Shown piece by piece: positions 27,988-44,000 of a stretch of DNA of 64,000 nucleotides. Each line of letters starts with the position of its first letter. The first letter of the stretch is position 1. A program made the translations under genes and the position numbers. The stretch lies in assembly GCA_040954595.2 (NCBI GenBank), contig CM082577.2:12247654-12311653 (forward strand), read 5' to 3'. The DNA is from Balanoglossus misakiensis (Eukaryota; Animalia; Hemichordata). The notes under the pieces were generated by a model. It had not been told where the DNA came from and made no database searches. It worked only from the letters and a program-made list of their open reading frames with translations.

Positions 27988-29003
27988 GCCCTTTTGGTTA
28001 GCCCGGAATTAGGTATGCACATAAATAATGAGTTAAGCAGGTGTCAAAGGTGACCCAAAACTTTGGCTTTTCATTATGGCCCCATACCTCCAAACGCCAA
28101 GGTTGTATCTGCTGTGGATGTCGAGATATGCAAAAGTAGGTCAAAGGTCACCCGAGATCACCCAACATTTGGGCAAAATATTTTGACCCCATACTGGTCC
28201 ATGTATAACAAAAACAAAACCTCTAGGTCTATTGGTTCATCATTAATTAGGTATGCGCATATTTAATGAGGTCACCAGAGGTCAAAGGGGTCATGAAAAG
28301 TAGCAACATTTTTTGATCACATACAAATCCACATACATTAAAAACCAAACTTATAGCCCTATTGGTAAGCCTGGAATTAGATATGCAGAAAAATGATGCG
28401 TCAAAAGTAGGTCAAAGGTCATTGCCAAAATTACCAAAATATTTATAGCTTATTCTTGTCATATGATGATTCATATCCATAAAAAGAATTTCTGTGCCCT
28501 TTTGGTTAGCCCGGAATTAGGTATGCACATAAATAATGAGTTAAGCAGGTGTCAAAGGTGACCCAAAACTTTGGCTTTTCATTATGGCCCCATACCTCCA
28601 AACGCCAAGGTTGTATCTGCTGTGGATGTCGAGATATGCAAAAGTAGGTCAAAGGTCACCCGAGATCACCCAACATTTGGGCAAAATATTTTGACCCCAT
28701 ACTGGTCCATGTATAACAAAAACAAAACCTCTAGGTCTATTGGTTCATCATTAATTAGGTATGCGCATATTTAATGAGGTCACCAGAGGTCAAAGGGGTC
28801 ATGAAAAGTAGCAACATTTTTTGATCACATACAAATCCACATACATTAAAAACCAAACTTATAGCCCTATTGGTAAGCCTGGAATTAGATATGCAGAAAA
28901 ATGATGCGTCAAAAGTAGGTCAAAGGTCATTGCCAAAATTACCAAAATATTTATAGCTTATTCTTGTCATATGATGATTCATATCCATAAAAAGAATTTC
29001 TGT
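27988..29003. repeat. 508-bp near-perfect tandem duplication inside HINE unit 5
   Basis: Identical ORF translations at 28063 and 28571 (offset 508); junction at 28496. Confidence 0.9.
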
Positions 29004-32000
29004 GCTATCAATTTTTAGGCTAGAAAAGGAATTTTTACTTTTTAATCGTTTTTCACAAAATCCAATATGGCCGCCATAATCTTCGACCAATCACATTCCC
29101 CTTCGCAAACTTGATAGGCACCTGTTTAATGACCACACACATCAAATCTTGTGACTCGGTTATCGCCCGTTCTTGAGAAGAAGATTTTTGAAGTTTTACT
29201 ATGGTTTTTCGAAAATCCAATATGGCCGCCATAATCTTCGACCAATCACAATGATCTTCGCAAACTTGATAGACATCAGTTAGGTGACCACATACCCCAA
29301 ACGGCGTGACTCAGTTATCACCGGTTCTGGAGAAGAAGATTTTTGAAATTTAAGCCAGATTTCAGAAAAAAAATTGTAGCAAAAAAACTGCAACATTGAC
29401 AGCAAAATATCCAATTACAAAAATGATGGGTAGAAGGTAGACTACCTGCACACCAAATTTGAAGTCGATCTGACTTGTAGTTTCTGAGATCTGAGATTTG
29501 CATTTTTTCAGAAAATCCAATATGGCCGCCAGGTCACGTGACTAATTAAAAATTCACAGGTTCAATGCACGACTACTCATTGACCTTGACCACTGTAGCA
29601 AGTTTCAGAAGTGTACCTGCAGTGGTGTCTGAGATCTAGAGCGACAAAGAATTGACACAAGAATAAAGAAAGAAGAAAGAAGAAAGAAGGAAAGACAGAA
29701 TTAAAGCTGCAAGCAGCATTGTCCGGGCCCAAGCTCTATTATCTGATCTGATTATTAGATATGCACATAATTAATGAGTAGAAACATAATGTTGTGTTTT
29801 ATCCCATGAAATATCAAGATTATATCTATGTTTGGTGCTGATATAGTGTTAAGTAGGTCAAAGGTCACCCAGAGGTCACCCACAATTTGGGCAGAAAATT
29901 TTGACCCTTAGTGGTCCATGTCCAACAAAAACCAGACCTCTAGCCCTTTTGGTTAGCCCAGAATTAGGTATGCACATAAATAATGAGTTAAGCAGGTGTC
30001 ACAGGTGACCCAAAACTTTGGCTTTTCATTATGGCCCCATACCTCCAAACGCCAAGGCTGTATCTGCTGTGGATGCTGAGATTTGCGAAAGTAGGTCAAA
30101 GGTCACCAGAGGTCACCCAACATTTGGGTAAAAACATTTGACCCCATACTGGTCCTGTCCAACAAAAACAAAACCTCTAGGTCTATTGGTTCGCCTGTAA
30201 TTAGCTATGCACATAATTAATGAGGTCAGCAGTGGTCAAAGGGGTCGTGAAAAGTAGCAAAATATTTTGATCACACACTCATCCACATACATCAAAAACC
30301 AAACTTATAGCCCTATTGGTTAGCCTGGAATAAGATATGCAGAAAAATGATGCGTCAAAAGTAGGTCAAAGGTCATTGCCAAAATTACCAAAATATTTAT
30401 AGCACATTGTAGTCTTATGATGATTCATATCCATAAAAAGAATTTCTGTGCTATCAATTTTTAGGCTAGAAAGGGAATTTTTACTTTTTAATCGTTTTTC
30501 GCAAAATCCAATATGGCCGCCATAATCTTCGACCAATCACAATGCTCTTTGCAAACTTGATAGACATCAGTATAGTGACCATACTGCCCAAATCTTGTGA
30601 CTCAATTATCGCCGGTTCTTGAGAAGAAGATTTTTGAAGTTTTACTATGGTTTTTCGAAAATCCAATATGGCCGCCAAAATCTTCGACCAATCACAATGA
30701 TCTTCGCAAACTTGATAGACATCAGATAGGTGACCACATACCCCAAACCCCGTGTCTCGGTTATCACCGGTTCTGGAGAAGAAGATTTTTGAAATTTAAG
30801 CCGGATTTCAGAAAAAAAATTGTAGCAAAAAAACTGCAACATTGACAGCATAATTTCCAATTACAAAAATGATGGGCAGAATGTAATCTACCTGCACACC
30901 AAATTTGAAGTCGATCTGACTTGTAGTTTCTGAGATCTGAGATTTGCATTTTTTCAGAAAATCCAATATGGCCGCCAGGTCACGTGACTAATTAAAAATT
31001 CAAGGGTTCAATGCACGACTACTCATTGACCTTGACCACTGTAGAAAGTTTGAGAAGTGTACCTGCAGCGGTGTCTGAGATCTAGAGCGACAAAGAATTG
31101 ACACAAGAATAAAGAAAGAAAGAAAGAAAGAAAGAATATAGCTGCAAGCAGCAATGGCGGGCCCAAGCCAACATAGCACATAGCAACATAGCAATAAGCA
31201 TATCTGCTCTGGATGCCAAGATATGGAAAAGTAGGTCAAAGGTCACCTGAGGTCATGCAAAATTTGGGCGAGAAATTTTGACCCTATACTGGTCCATGTT
31301 CATCAAAAACTAAACCTATAGCCCTATTGGTTAGCCTGGAATTAGGTATGCACATAATTAATGAGGTAGGCAGGTGTCACAGGTGACCCCCCAATTTGGC
31401 TTTTCAATTTTAGTCCCAACCATCCAAACGCCAATTCTGTATCTGCTCTGGATGCCAAGATATGGTTAAGTAGGTCAAAGGTCACCTGAGGTCATGCAAA
31501 ATTTGGGCAATAAATTTTGACCCTATACTGGTCCACGTTCAACAAAAACCAAACCTATAGCCCTATTGGTTAGCCTGGAATTAGGTATGCACATAATTAA
31601 TGAGATATGCAGGTGTCACAGGTGACCCCTATTTTGGCTTTTCAACTTTAGTCCCAACCCTCCAAACGCCAAGTCTGTACCTGCTCTGGATGCCGAGATA
31701 TAGGAAAGTAGGTCAAAGGTCACCTGAGGTCACCCCAAATTTTGGCAAGAAATTTTGACCCTATACTGGTCCATGTCCCACAAGAACGAAACCTCTAGCC
31801 CTCTTAGTTAGCCCAGAATTAGGTATGCACATAATTAATGAGTTAAGCAGGTGTTACAGGTGAGCCTAAAATTGTGCCTTTTATTTTGGTGCCATTGTGC
31901 TCACTGACCAATAGACAGTCACTGTACAGGACTATTGCACAGGCCAGAATTCCACAATAAGACATGGACATAGAGGTATAAGTAAAGGTATAAATTTATT

Positions 32001-35000
32001 AAAAAAATTAATATAAAAAAATCCGTCGATTTTTCATATTATTTTTTTTCGCTTAAAATTATTGACAAATGCTAGTCTAGCTGCACACCAAAGTTGGAGA
32101 TGATTGGCCTAACAGATTTTGAGATATGTATGCATATTTATCCAAAATAATATGTGGTCATAGCTTTACTATGGAAAGTATAGGCCCATGGCTTGGTAAA
32201 AAAATATGAAAAATAATACTTAAAAATCTTCTTCTCAAAATTGGCATGGCCAATGGCCTTGACATTTGGCAAGTAGGACACTGACCACATGGTCCGCAAA
32301 AGTTGCTAAAAGAATTTTGATATCTCCATTCATATGCAAATAAGGCCGATTTGGAAATTTTGCCCATATATGGTCATCAGGTCACGTGACTAATTTAACA
32401 TTCACAAGGGTACTGCACTAGCTCTCATTGGCCTGCACCATTGTGCCAAGTTTGAAATTGTTAGGTTTAGCAGTTTTCCAGATCTACCTCGCCAAAGAAA
32501 ACGACAGAAGAAGAAAAAGAAGAAATATAGCTGCAAGCAGCAATAGCGGGCCCAAGCCAACATAGCACATAGCAACATAGCAATAAGCATATCTACTCTG
32601 GATGTCAAGATATGGTAAAGTAGGTCAAAGGTCAACTGAGTTCATGCAAAATTTGGGCAAGAAATTTTGACCCTATACTGGTCCATGTTCAACAAAAACC
32701 AAACCTATAGCCCTATTGGTTAGCCTGGAATTAGGTATGCACATAATTAATGAGGTAGGCAGGTGTCACAACTGACCCCCAATTTGGCTTTCCAATTTTA
32801 GTCCCAACCCTCCAAACGCCAAGCCTGTACCTGCTCTGGATGCCGAGATCTGGTAAAGTAGGTCAAAGGTCACCTGAGGTCATGCAAAATTTGGGCAAGA
32901 AATTTTGACCCTATACTGGTCCATGTTCAATAAAAACCAAACCTATAGCTCTTTTGGTTAGCCTGGAATTAGGTATGCACATAATTAAGAGATATGCAGG
33001 TGACACAGGTGAGCGCCAATTCGGCTTTTCAATTTTAATCCCAACCCTCCAAACGCCAAGTCTGTACCTGCTCTGGATGCCAAGATATGGTAAAGTAGGT
33101 CAAAGGTCACCTGAGGTCATGCGAAATTTGGGCAAGAAATTTTGACCCTATACTGGTCCATGTTCAACAAAAACCAAACCTATAGCTCTACTGGTTAGCC
33201 TGGAATTAGGTATGCACATAATTAATGAGATATGCAGGTGTCACAGGTGATCCCCATTTTGGCTTTTCAATTTTAGTCACAACCCTCCAAACGCCAAGTC
33301 TGTATCAGCTCTGGATGCCGAGTTATAGGAAAGTAGGTCAAAGGTCACCTGAGGTCACCCAAAATTTTGGCAAGAAATTTTGACCCTGTACTGGTCCATG
33401 TCCCACAAGAACGAAACCGCTAGCCCTCTTAGTTAGCCCAGAATTAGGTATGCACATAATTAATGAGTTAAGCAGGTGTTACAGGTGAGCCTAAAATTGT
33501 GCCTTCTATTTTGGTTCCATTGTGCTCACTGACCACAAGACAGTCACTGTACAGGACTATTGCACAGACCAGAATTCCACAATAAGACATGGACATAGCT
33601 TAACCATAGAGGTATAATTAAAGGTATAAATTTCATAAGAAAATTAATATAAAAAAATCGGTCGATTTTTCATATTATTTTTTTTCGCTTAAAATTATTG
33701 ACAAATACTAGGCTAGCTGCACACCAAAGTTGGAGATGATTGGCCAAACAGATTTTGAGATATGTATGCATATTTATCCAAAATAATATGTGGTCTTAGC
33801 TTTACTATGGAAAGTATAGGCCCATGGCTTGGTCAAAAAATATGAAAAATAATACTTAAAAATCTTCTTCTCAAAATTGGCATGGCCAATGTCCTTGACA
33901 TTTGGCATGTAGGACACTGACCACATGGTCCGCAAAAGTTGCTAAAAGAATTTTGATATCTCCATTCATATGCAAATAAGGTCGATTTGAAAATTTTGCC
34001 CATATATGGTCATCAGGTCACGTGACTAATTAAACATTCACAAGGGTACTGCACTAGCTCTCATTGGCCTGCACCATTGTGCCAAGTTTGAAATTGGTAG
34101 GTTTAGCAGTTTTCCAGATCTACCTCTCCAAAGAAACGACAGAAGAAGAAAAAGAAGAAGTAGAAGAATATAGCTGCAAGCAGCAATAGCGGGCCCAAGC
34201 CAACATGCACATAGCAACATAGGAATAAGCATATCTGCTCTTGATGCCAAGATATGGTAAAGTAGGTCAAAGGTCAACTGAGGTCATGTTATATTTCGGC
34301 AAGAAATTTTTACCGTATACTGGTCCATGTTCAACAAAAACCAAACCTATAGCCCTATTGGTTAGTCTGGAATTAGGTATGCACATAATTAATGAGATAT
34401 GCAGGTGCCACAGGTGACCTCCAATTTTGGCTTTTCACTTTCAGTCCTAACCCTCCAAACGCCAAGTCTGTACCTGCTCCGGATGCCAAGATATGGTAAA
34501 GTAGGTCAAAGGTCACCTGAGGTCATGCAAAATGTGGGCAAGAAATTTTGACCCTATACTGGTCCATCTTCAACAAAAACCAAACCTATAGCCCTATTGG
34601 TTAGCTTGGAATTAGGTATGCACATAATTAATGAGGTAGGCAGGTGTCACAGGTGACCCCCAATTTTGGCTTTTCAATTTTAGTCCCAACCCTCCAAACG
34701 CCAAGTCTGTACCTGCTCTGGATGCCAAGATCTGGTAAAGTAGGTCAAAGGTCACCTGAGGTCATGCAAAATTTGGGCAAGTAATTTTGACCCTATACTG
34801 GTCCATGTTCAACAAAAACCAAACCTGTAGCCCTATTGGTTAGCCTGGAATTAGGTATGCACATAATTAATGAGATATGCAGGTGTCACAGGTGAGCCCA
34901 AAATTTTGCCTTTTATTTTGGTCCCATTCTGCTTACTGGCCAATAGACAGTCATTTTACAGGACCATTGCACAGACCAGAATTCCACAATAAGAAGTGGA

Positions 35001-38000
35001 CATAGCTTAACTATGGAGGTATAAGTAAAGGTTTAAATTTAATAAAAAAATTAATATAAAAAAATCCGTCGATTTTTCATATTATTTTTTTTCGCTTAAA
35101 ATTATTGACAAATGCTATTCTAGCTGCACACCAAAGCTGGAGATGATTGGCATAACAGATTTTGAGATATGTATGCATATTTATCCAAAATAATATGTGG
35201 TCATAGCTTTACTATGGAAAGTATAGGCCCATGGCTTGGTAAAAAAATATGAAAAATAATACTTAAAAATCTTCTTCTCAAAATTGGCATGGCCAATGGC
35301 CTTGACATTTGGCAAGTAGGACACTGACCACATGGTCCGCAAAAGTTGCTAAAAGAATTTTGATATCTCCATTCATATGCAAATAAGGCCGATTTGGAAA
35401 TTTTGCCCATATATGGTCATCAGGTCACGTGACTAATTTAACATTCACAAGGGTACTGCACTAGCTCTCATTGGCCTGCACCATTGTGCCAAGTTTGAAA
35501 TTGTTAGGTTTAGCAGTTTTCCAGATCTACCTCTCCAAAGAAAATGACAGAAGAAGAAAAAGAAGAAGAAGTAGAAGAAAAACCCCAGTAATACCAATAG
35601 GGCCCAAGCCTGCTGGGCTTGGGCCCTAAATATAGCTGCAAGCAGCGATGACGGGCACAAGCTTAAGCCGAAGGTCAAAGGTCATATGTGGTCACCCAAA
35701 ATTTGGGCAAAAAATGTTGATCCCATACTAGTCCAGGTCCAACAAAAACCAGACCTCTAGCCCTATTGGTTTGTCTGAAATTATATATGCGCATAATTAA
35801 TTATGTAAAGTGTAAGACTCCATTAATAGTTCGATCCATCCAAACATAAATGCTGTACCTGTTCTGGATGCCGAGATATAGGAAAATGGGTCAAAGGTCA
35901 TGTGAGGCCACTTGAAAGTTGGGCAAAACATTTTAACCCCATACTAGTCCAGGTCCAAGAAAAACCAGACATCTAGCCCTATTGGTTCGCCTAGAATTAG
36001 ATATGCACATAATTAATGAGGTAAAGTATAAGGCTCCATTAGGAGTCACAACCCTCCAAATGCCAAAGCTGTATCTGCGCTGGTTGCCGAGTTATGGTAA
36101 AGTAGGTCAAAGGTCACCTGAGGTCACCCAAAAATTGGGCAAAAATGTTTGATCCCATACTGGTCCATGTTTAACAAAAATCAAACCTCTAGCCCTATTT
36201 GCTAGCCTGGAATTAGGTATGCACATAATTAATGAGATATGCAGGTGTCACAGGTGACCTTCAATTTTGTCTTTTCAATTTTAGTCACAACCCTCCAAAC
36301 GCCAAGTCTGTACCTGCTGTGGATGCCGAGATATATGAAAGTAGGTCAAAGGTCACCTGAGGTCACCCAAAATTTGGGCAAAAATTTTTGATCCCATACT
36401 GGTCCATGTCCCACAAGAACAAAACCTCTAGCCCTATTAGTTAGCCTGGAATTAGGTATGCACATAATTAATGAGTTAAGCAGGTGTTACAGGTGAGCCC
36501 AAAATTTTGCCTTTTATTGTGGTCCCATTCTGCTCACGGGCCAATAGAGAGTCACTGTACAGGACCATTGCACAGCCAACCTGGACATAGCGTGATAGCT
36601 TAACTATAGAAAGTATAGGCCTATGGCTGGGTCCAAAAATATGAAAAATAAAAAAATCTTCTTCTCAAAATAGACTTGGCCCACGGCCTTGACATTTGGC
36701 ATGTAGGACACTGACCACATGGTCCGCAAAAATCGCTAAAAGAATGTTGATATCTCCATTCATATGCAAATTAGGCCCATTTGAAAACTTTGCCCATATA
36801 TGGTCATCAGGTCATGTGACTAATTACACATTCACGAGGGTACTGCACGAGCTCTCATAGACCTGCACCATTGTGCCAAGTTTGAGATTCGTAGCTTCAG
36901 CCATTTCCAAGATCCTAGTTGGCAAAAAAACTGCACAAGAAAAAGAAGTAGAAGAAAAAACAGGGTAAAACCAATAGGGCACAAGCGCCTGAGGGCGCTT
37001 GTGCCCTAAGAAGAAGTAGAAGAATATAGCTGCAAGCAGCGATGACGGGCCCAAGCTTAAGCCGAAGGTCAAAGGTCATATGTGGTCACCCAAAATTTGG
37101 GCAAAAATTTTTGATCCCATACTGGTCCATGTCCCACAAGAACAAAACCTCTAGCCCTATTAGTTAGCCTGGAATTAGGTATGCACATAATTAATGAGTT
37201 AAGCAGGTGTTACAGGTGAGCCCAAAATTTTGCCTTTTATTGTGGTCCCATTCTGCTCACGGGCCAATAGAGAGTCACTGTACAGGACCATTGCACAGCC
37301 AACGTGGACATAGCGTGATAGCTTAACTATAGAAAGTATAGGCCTATGGCTGGGTCCAAAAATATGAAAAATAAAAAAATCTTCTTCTCAAAATAGACTT
37401 GGCCCACGGCCTTGACATTTGGCATGTAGGACACTGACCACATGGTCTGCAAAAATCGCTAAAAGAATTTTGATATCTCCATTCATATGCAAATTAGGCC
37501 CATTTGAAAACTTTGCCCATATATGGTCATCAGGTCACATGACTAATTAAACATTCACAGGGATACTGCACCAGCTCTCATAGACCTACACCATTGTGCC
37601 AAGTTTGAGATTTGTAGGTTCAGCCGTTTTCAAGATCTACCTGAGCAAAAAAACTACACAAGAAAAAAAAAAAAAAAATATAGCTGCAAGCAGCAATGGC
37701 GGGCCCAAGCCAACATAGCACATAGCAACATAGCAATACGCATATCTGCTCTGGATGCCAAGATATGGTAAAGTAGGTCAAAGGTCACCTGAGGTCATGC
37801 AAAATTTGGGCAAGAAATTTTGACCCTATACTGGTCCATGTTCAACAAAAACCAAACCTATAGCCCTTTTGGTTAGCCTGGAATTAGGTATGCACATAAT
37901 TAATGAGGTAGGCAAGTGTCACAGGTGACCCCCAGTGTTGCCTTTTCAATTTTAGTCCCAACCCTCCAAACGCCAAGTCTGTACCTGTTCTGGATGCCAA

Positions 38001-41000
38001 GATATGGTAAAGTAGGTCAAAGGTCACCTGAGGTCATACAAAATTTGGGCAAGAAATTTTGACCCTATACTGGTCCATGTTCAACAAAAACCAAACCTAT
38101 AGCCCTATTGGTTAGCCTGGAATTAGGTATGCACATAATTAATGAGATATGCAGGTGTCACAGGTGACCCCCATTTTGGCTTTTCAATTTTAGTCCCAAC
38201 CCTCCAAACGCCAAGTCTGTACCAGCTCTGGATGCCGAGATATACGAAAGTAGGTCAAAGGTCACCTGAGGTCACCCAAAATTTTGGCAAGAAATTTTGA
38301 CCCTATACTGGTCCATGTCCCACAAGAACGAAACCTCTAGCCCTCTTAGTTAGCCCAGAAGTAGGTATGCACATAATTAATGAGTTAAGCAGGTGTTACA
38401 GGTGAGCCTAAAATTGTGCCTTCTATTTTGGTGCCATTGTGCTCACTAACCACAAGACAGTCACTGTACAGGACTATTGCACAGACCAGAATTCCACAAT
38501 AAGACATGGACATAGCTTAACCATAGAGGTATAATTAAAGGTATAAATTTCATAAGAAAATTAATATAAAAAAATCGGTCGATTTTTCATACTATTTTTT
38601 TTCGCTTAAAATTATTGACAAATACTAGGCTAGCTGCACACCAAAGTTGGAGATGATTGGCCAAACAGATTTTGAGATATGTATGCATATTTATCCAAAA
38701 TAATATGTGGTCTTAGCTTTACTATGGAAAGTATAGGCCCATGGCTTGGTCAAAAAATATGAAAAATAATACTTAAAAATCTTCTTCTCAAAATTGGCAT
38801 GGCCAATGTCCTTGACATTTTGCATGTAGGACACTGACCACATGGTCCGCAAAAGTTGCTAAAAGAATTTTGATATCTCCATTCATATGCAAAAAAGGCC
38901 GATTTGAAAATTTTGCCCATATATGGTCATCAGGTCATGTGACTAATTAAACATTCACAAGGGTACTGCACTAGCTCTCATTGGCCTGCACCATTGTGCC
39001 AAGTTTGAAATTGGTAGGTTTAGCCGTTTTCCAGATCTAGCTGACCAAAAAAACGACACAAGAAGAAGAAGAAGAAGAAGAAGTAGAAGAAAAACCCCAG
39101 TAATACCAATAGGGCCCAAGCCTGCTGGGCTTGGGCCCTAAAAAAAGATGAAAAACCCCAGTAATACCAATAGGGCACAAGCCTGCTTGGCTTGTGCCCT
39201 AAATATAGCTGCAAGCAGCAATAGCGGGCCCAAGCCAACATAGCACATAGCAACATAGCAATACGCATATCTGCTCTGGATGCCAAGATATGGTAAAGTA
39301 GGTCAAAGGTCACCTGAGGTCATGCAAAATTTGGGCAAGAAATATTGACCCTATACTGGTCCATGTTCAACAAAAACCAAACCTATAGCCCTATTGGTTA
39401 GTCTGGAATTAGGTATGCTCATAATTAATGAGGTAGGCAGGTGTCACACGTGATCCCCAATTTTGGCTTTTCAATTTTAGTCCCAACAATCCAAACGCCA
39501 AGTCTGTACCTGCTCTGGATGCCAAGATCTGGTAAAGTAGGTCAAAGGTCACCTGAGGTCAAGCAAAATTTGGGCAAGAAATTTTGAACCTATACTGGTC
39601 CATGTTCAACAAAAACCAAACCTATAGCCCTATTAGTTAGCTTGGAATTAGGTATGCACATAATTAATGATATATATACAGGTGTCACAGGTGACCCCCC
39701 ATTTTGGCTTTTCAATTTTAGTCCCAACCCTCCAAACGCCAAGTCTGTAACTGCTCTGGATGCCGAGATATAGGAAAGTAGGTCAAAGGACAACTGAGGT
39801 CACTCAAAATTTGGGCAAAAAAATTTGACCCCATACTGGTCAATGTCCCACAAGAACAAAACCTCTAGCTCTATTGGTTAGTCTGATATTAGGTATGCAC
39901 ATAATTAATGAGGTAGACAGGTGTCACAGGTGACCCCCATTTTGGCTTTTCAATTTTAGTCCCAACCCTCCAAACGCCAAGTCTGTACCTGCTCTGGATG
40001 CCGAGATATAGGAAAGTAGGTCAAAGGTCACCTGAGGTCACCCAAAATTTGGGCAAGAAATTTTGACCCTATACTGGTCCATGTCCCACAAGAACGAAAC
40101 CTCTAGCCCTCTTAGTTAGCCCAGAATTAGGTATGCACATAATTAATGAGTTAAGCAGGTGTTACAGGTGAGCCTAAAATTTTGCCTTTTATTTTGGTGC
40201 CATTGTGCTCACTGACCAATAGATAGTCACTGTACAAGACTATTGCACAGACCAGAATTCCACAATAAGACATGGACATAGCTTAACCATAGAGGTATAA
40301 GTAAAGGTATAAATTTAATAAAAAAATTAATATAAAAAAATCGGTCGATTTTTCATAGTATTTTTTTCCGCTTAAAATTATTGACAAATGCTAGTCTAGC
40401 TGCACACCAAAGTTGGAGATGATCGGCCTAACAGATTTTGAGATATGTATGCATATTTATCCAAAATAATATGTGGTCATAGCTTAACTATGTAAAGTAT
40501 AGGCACATGGCTTGGGCGAAAAATATGAAAAATAATACTTAAAAATCTTCTTCTCAAAATTGACATGGCCTATGGCCTTGACATTTGGCATGTAGAACCC
40601 TGGCTATGTGGTCCACAAAGTATCTGAACAGAATTTTGATATCTCCATTCATATGCAAATTAGGCCGATTTTAAAATTTTGCCCATATATGGTCATCAGG
40701 TCACATGACTTATTAAACATTCACAAGGGTACTGCACCAGCTCTCATTGGCCTGCAGCATTGTGCTAAGTTTGAAATTGGTAGGTTCAGCCGTTCTCCAG
40801 ATCTACTTGACAAAAAAAACGGCACAAGAAGAAAAAGAAGAAAAACTCCAGTAAAAACAATAGGGCCCAAGCCTGCTGGGCTTGGGCCCTAAATATAGCT
40901 GCCAAGCAGCAATAGCGGGCACAAGCCAACATAGCACATAGCAACATAGGAACAGGCATATCTGCTCTGGATGCCAAGATATGGTAAAGTAGGTCAAAGG

Positions 41001-44000
41001 TCACCTGAGGTCATGTTAAATTTGGGAAAGAAATTTTGACCCTATACTGGTCCATGTTCAACTTAAACCAAACCTATAGCCCTATTGGTTAGCCTGGAAT
41101 TAGGTATGCACATAATTAATGAGATATGCAGGTGCCACAGGTGACCCCCAATTTTGGCATTTCACTTTCAGTCCCAACCCTCCAAACGCCAAGTATGTAC
41201 TTGCTCTGGATTCCGAGATATATGATAGTAGGTCAAAGGTCACCTGAGGTCATGCAAAATTTGGGCAAGAAATTTTGACCCTATACTGGTCCATGTTCAA
41301 CAAAAACCAAACCTATAGCTCTATTGGTTAGACTGGAATTAGGTATGCACATAATTAATGAGATATGCAAGTGTCACAGGTGAGCGCCAATTTGGCTTTT
41401 CAATTTTAATCCCAACCCTCCAAACGACAAGTCTGTACCTGCTCTGGATGCCAAGATATGGTAAAGTAGGTCAAAGGTCACCTGAGGTCATGCGAAATTT
41501 GGGCAAGAAATTTTGACCCTATACTGGTCCATGTTCAACAAAAACCAAACCTTTAGCCCTATTGGTTAGCCTGGAGTTAGGTATGCACATAATTAATGAG
41601 GTAGACAGGTGTCACAGGTGACCCCCATTTTGGCTTTTCAATTTTAGTCCCAACCCTCCAAACGCCAAGTCTGTACCTGCTCTGGATGCCGAGATATAGG
41701 AAAGTAGGTCAAAGGTCACCTGAAGTCACCCAAAATTTGGTAAACATTTTTGACCCCATACTAGTCCTTGTCACACAAGAACAATACCTCTAGCCCTATT
41801 AGTTAGCCCGGAATGAGGTATGCGCATAATTAATGAGTTAAGCAGGTGTTACAGGTGAGCCCAAAATTTTGCCTTTTATTTTGGTCCCATTCTGCGCACG
41901 GGCCAATAGACAGTCAGTGTACAGGACCATTGCACAGACCAGAATTCTACAATAAGACGTGGACATAGCTTAACCATAGAGGTATAAGTAAAGGTATAAA
42001 TTTCATAAAAAAATTAATATAAAAAAATCGGTCGATTTTTCATATTAATTTTTTTCGCTTAAAATTATTGGCAAATGCTAAGCTACCTGCACACCAAACT
42101 TGGAGTTGATCGGCCCAACATATTTTGAGATATGACTGCATATTCATCCAAAATAAAATGTGGTCAAAGCTTAACTATGTATAGTGTAGGCCGATGGCTT
42201 GGCCGAAAAATATGAAAAATAATACTTAAAAATCTTCTTCTCAAAATTGACAAGGCCTATGGCCTTGACATTTGGCATGTAGAACCCTGACCACATGGTT
42301 CACAAAAGTTGCTAAAAGAATTTTGATATCTCCGTCCATATGCAAATAAGGCCGATTTGAAAATTTTGCCCATATATGGTCATCAGGTCACATGACTTAT
42401 TGAACATTCACGAGGGTACTGCACTAGCTCTCATTGGCCTGCACCATTGTACCAAATTTGAGATTTGTGGGTTCAGCAGTTTTTCAGATCTACCTGGCCG
42501 AAAAAAGTGCCCAAGAAGAAGTAGAAGAAAAAAGCCAACAATACCAATAGGGCACAAGCCTGTGGGGCTTGTGCCCTAAATATAGCTGCAAGCAGCAATA
42601 GCGGGCCCAAGCCAACATAGCACATAGCAACATAGCAATAAGCATATCTGCTCTGGATGCCAAGATATGGTAAAGTAGGTCAAAGGTCACCTGAGGTCAT
42701 GCAAAATTTGGGCAAGAAATTTTAACCCTATACTGGTCCATGTTCAACAAAAACCAAACCTATAGCTCTATTGGTTAGCCTGGAATTAGGTATGCACATA
42801 ATTAATGAGATATGCAGGTGTCACAGGTGAGCGCCAATTTGGCTTTTCAATTTTAATCCCAACCCTCCAAACGCCAAGTCTGTACCTGCTCTGGATGCCA
42901 AGATATGGTAAAGTAGGTCAAAGGTCACCTGAGGTCTTGCGAAATTTGGGCAAGAAATTTTGACCCTATACTGGTCCATGTTCAACAAAAACCAAACCTA
43001 TAGCTCTACTGGTTAGCCTGGAATTAGGTATGCACATAATTAATGAGATATGCAGGTGTCACAGGTGATCCCCATTTTGGCTTTTCAATTTTAGTCCCAA
43101 CCCTCCAAACGCCAAGTCTGTACCTGCTCTGGATGCCGAGATATAGGAAAATAGGTCAAAGGTCACCTGAGGTCACCCAAAATTTGGTAGACATTTTTGA
43201 CCCCATACTAGTCCTTGTCACACAAGAACAATACCTCTAGCCCTATTAGTTAGCCCGGAATGAGGTATTCGCATAATTAATGAGTTAAGCAGGTGTTACA
43301 GGTGAGCCCAAAATTTTGCCTTTTATTTTGGTCCCATTCTGCGCACGGGCCAATAGACAGTCAGTGTACAGGACCATTGCACAGACCAGAATTCTACAAT
43401 AAGACGTGGACATAGCTTAACCATAGAGGTATAAGTAAAGGTATAAATTTCATAAAAAAATTAATATAAAAAAATCGGTCGATTTTTCATATTATTTTTT
43501 TTCGCTTAAAATTATTGGCAAATGCTAAGCTACCTGCACACCAAAGTTGGAGTTGATCGGCCCAACAGATTGTGAGATATGACTGCATATTCATCCAAAA
43601 TAAAATGTGGTCAAAGCTTAACTATGTATAGTATAGGCCGATGGCTTGGCCGAAAAATATGAAAAATAATACTTAAAAATCTTCTTCTCAAAATTGACAA
43701 GGCCTATGGCCTTGACATTTGGCATGTAGAACCCTGACCACATGCTTCACAAAAGTTGCTAAAAGAATTTTGATATCTCCATGCATATGCAAATAAGGCC
43801 GATTTGAAAATTTTGCCCATATATGGTCATCAGGTCACATGACTTATTGAACATTCACGAGGGTACTGCACCAGCTCTCATTGGCCTGCACCATTGTGCC
43901 AAATTTGAGATTTGTGGGTTCAGCAGTTTTTCAGATCTACCTGGCCGAAAAAAGTGCCCAAGAAGAAGTAGAAGAAAAAAGCCAACAATACCAATAGGGC

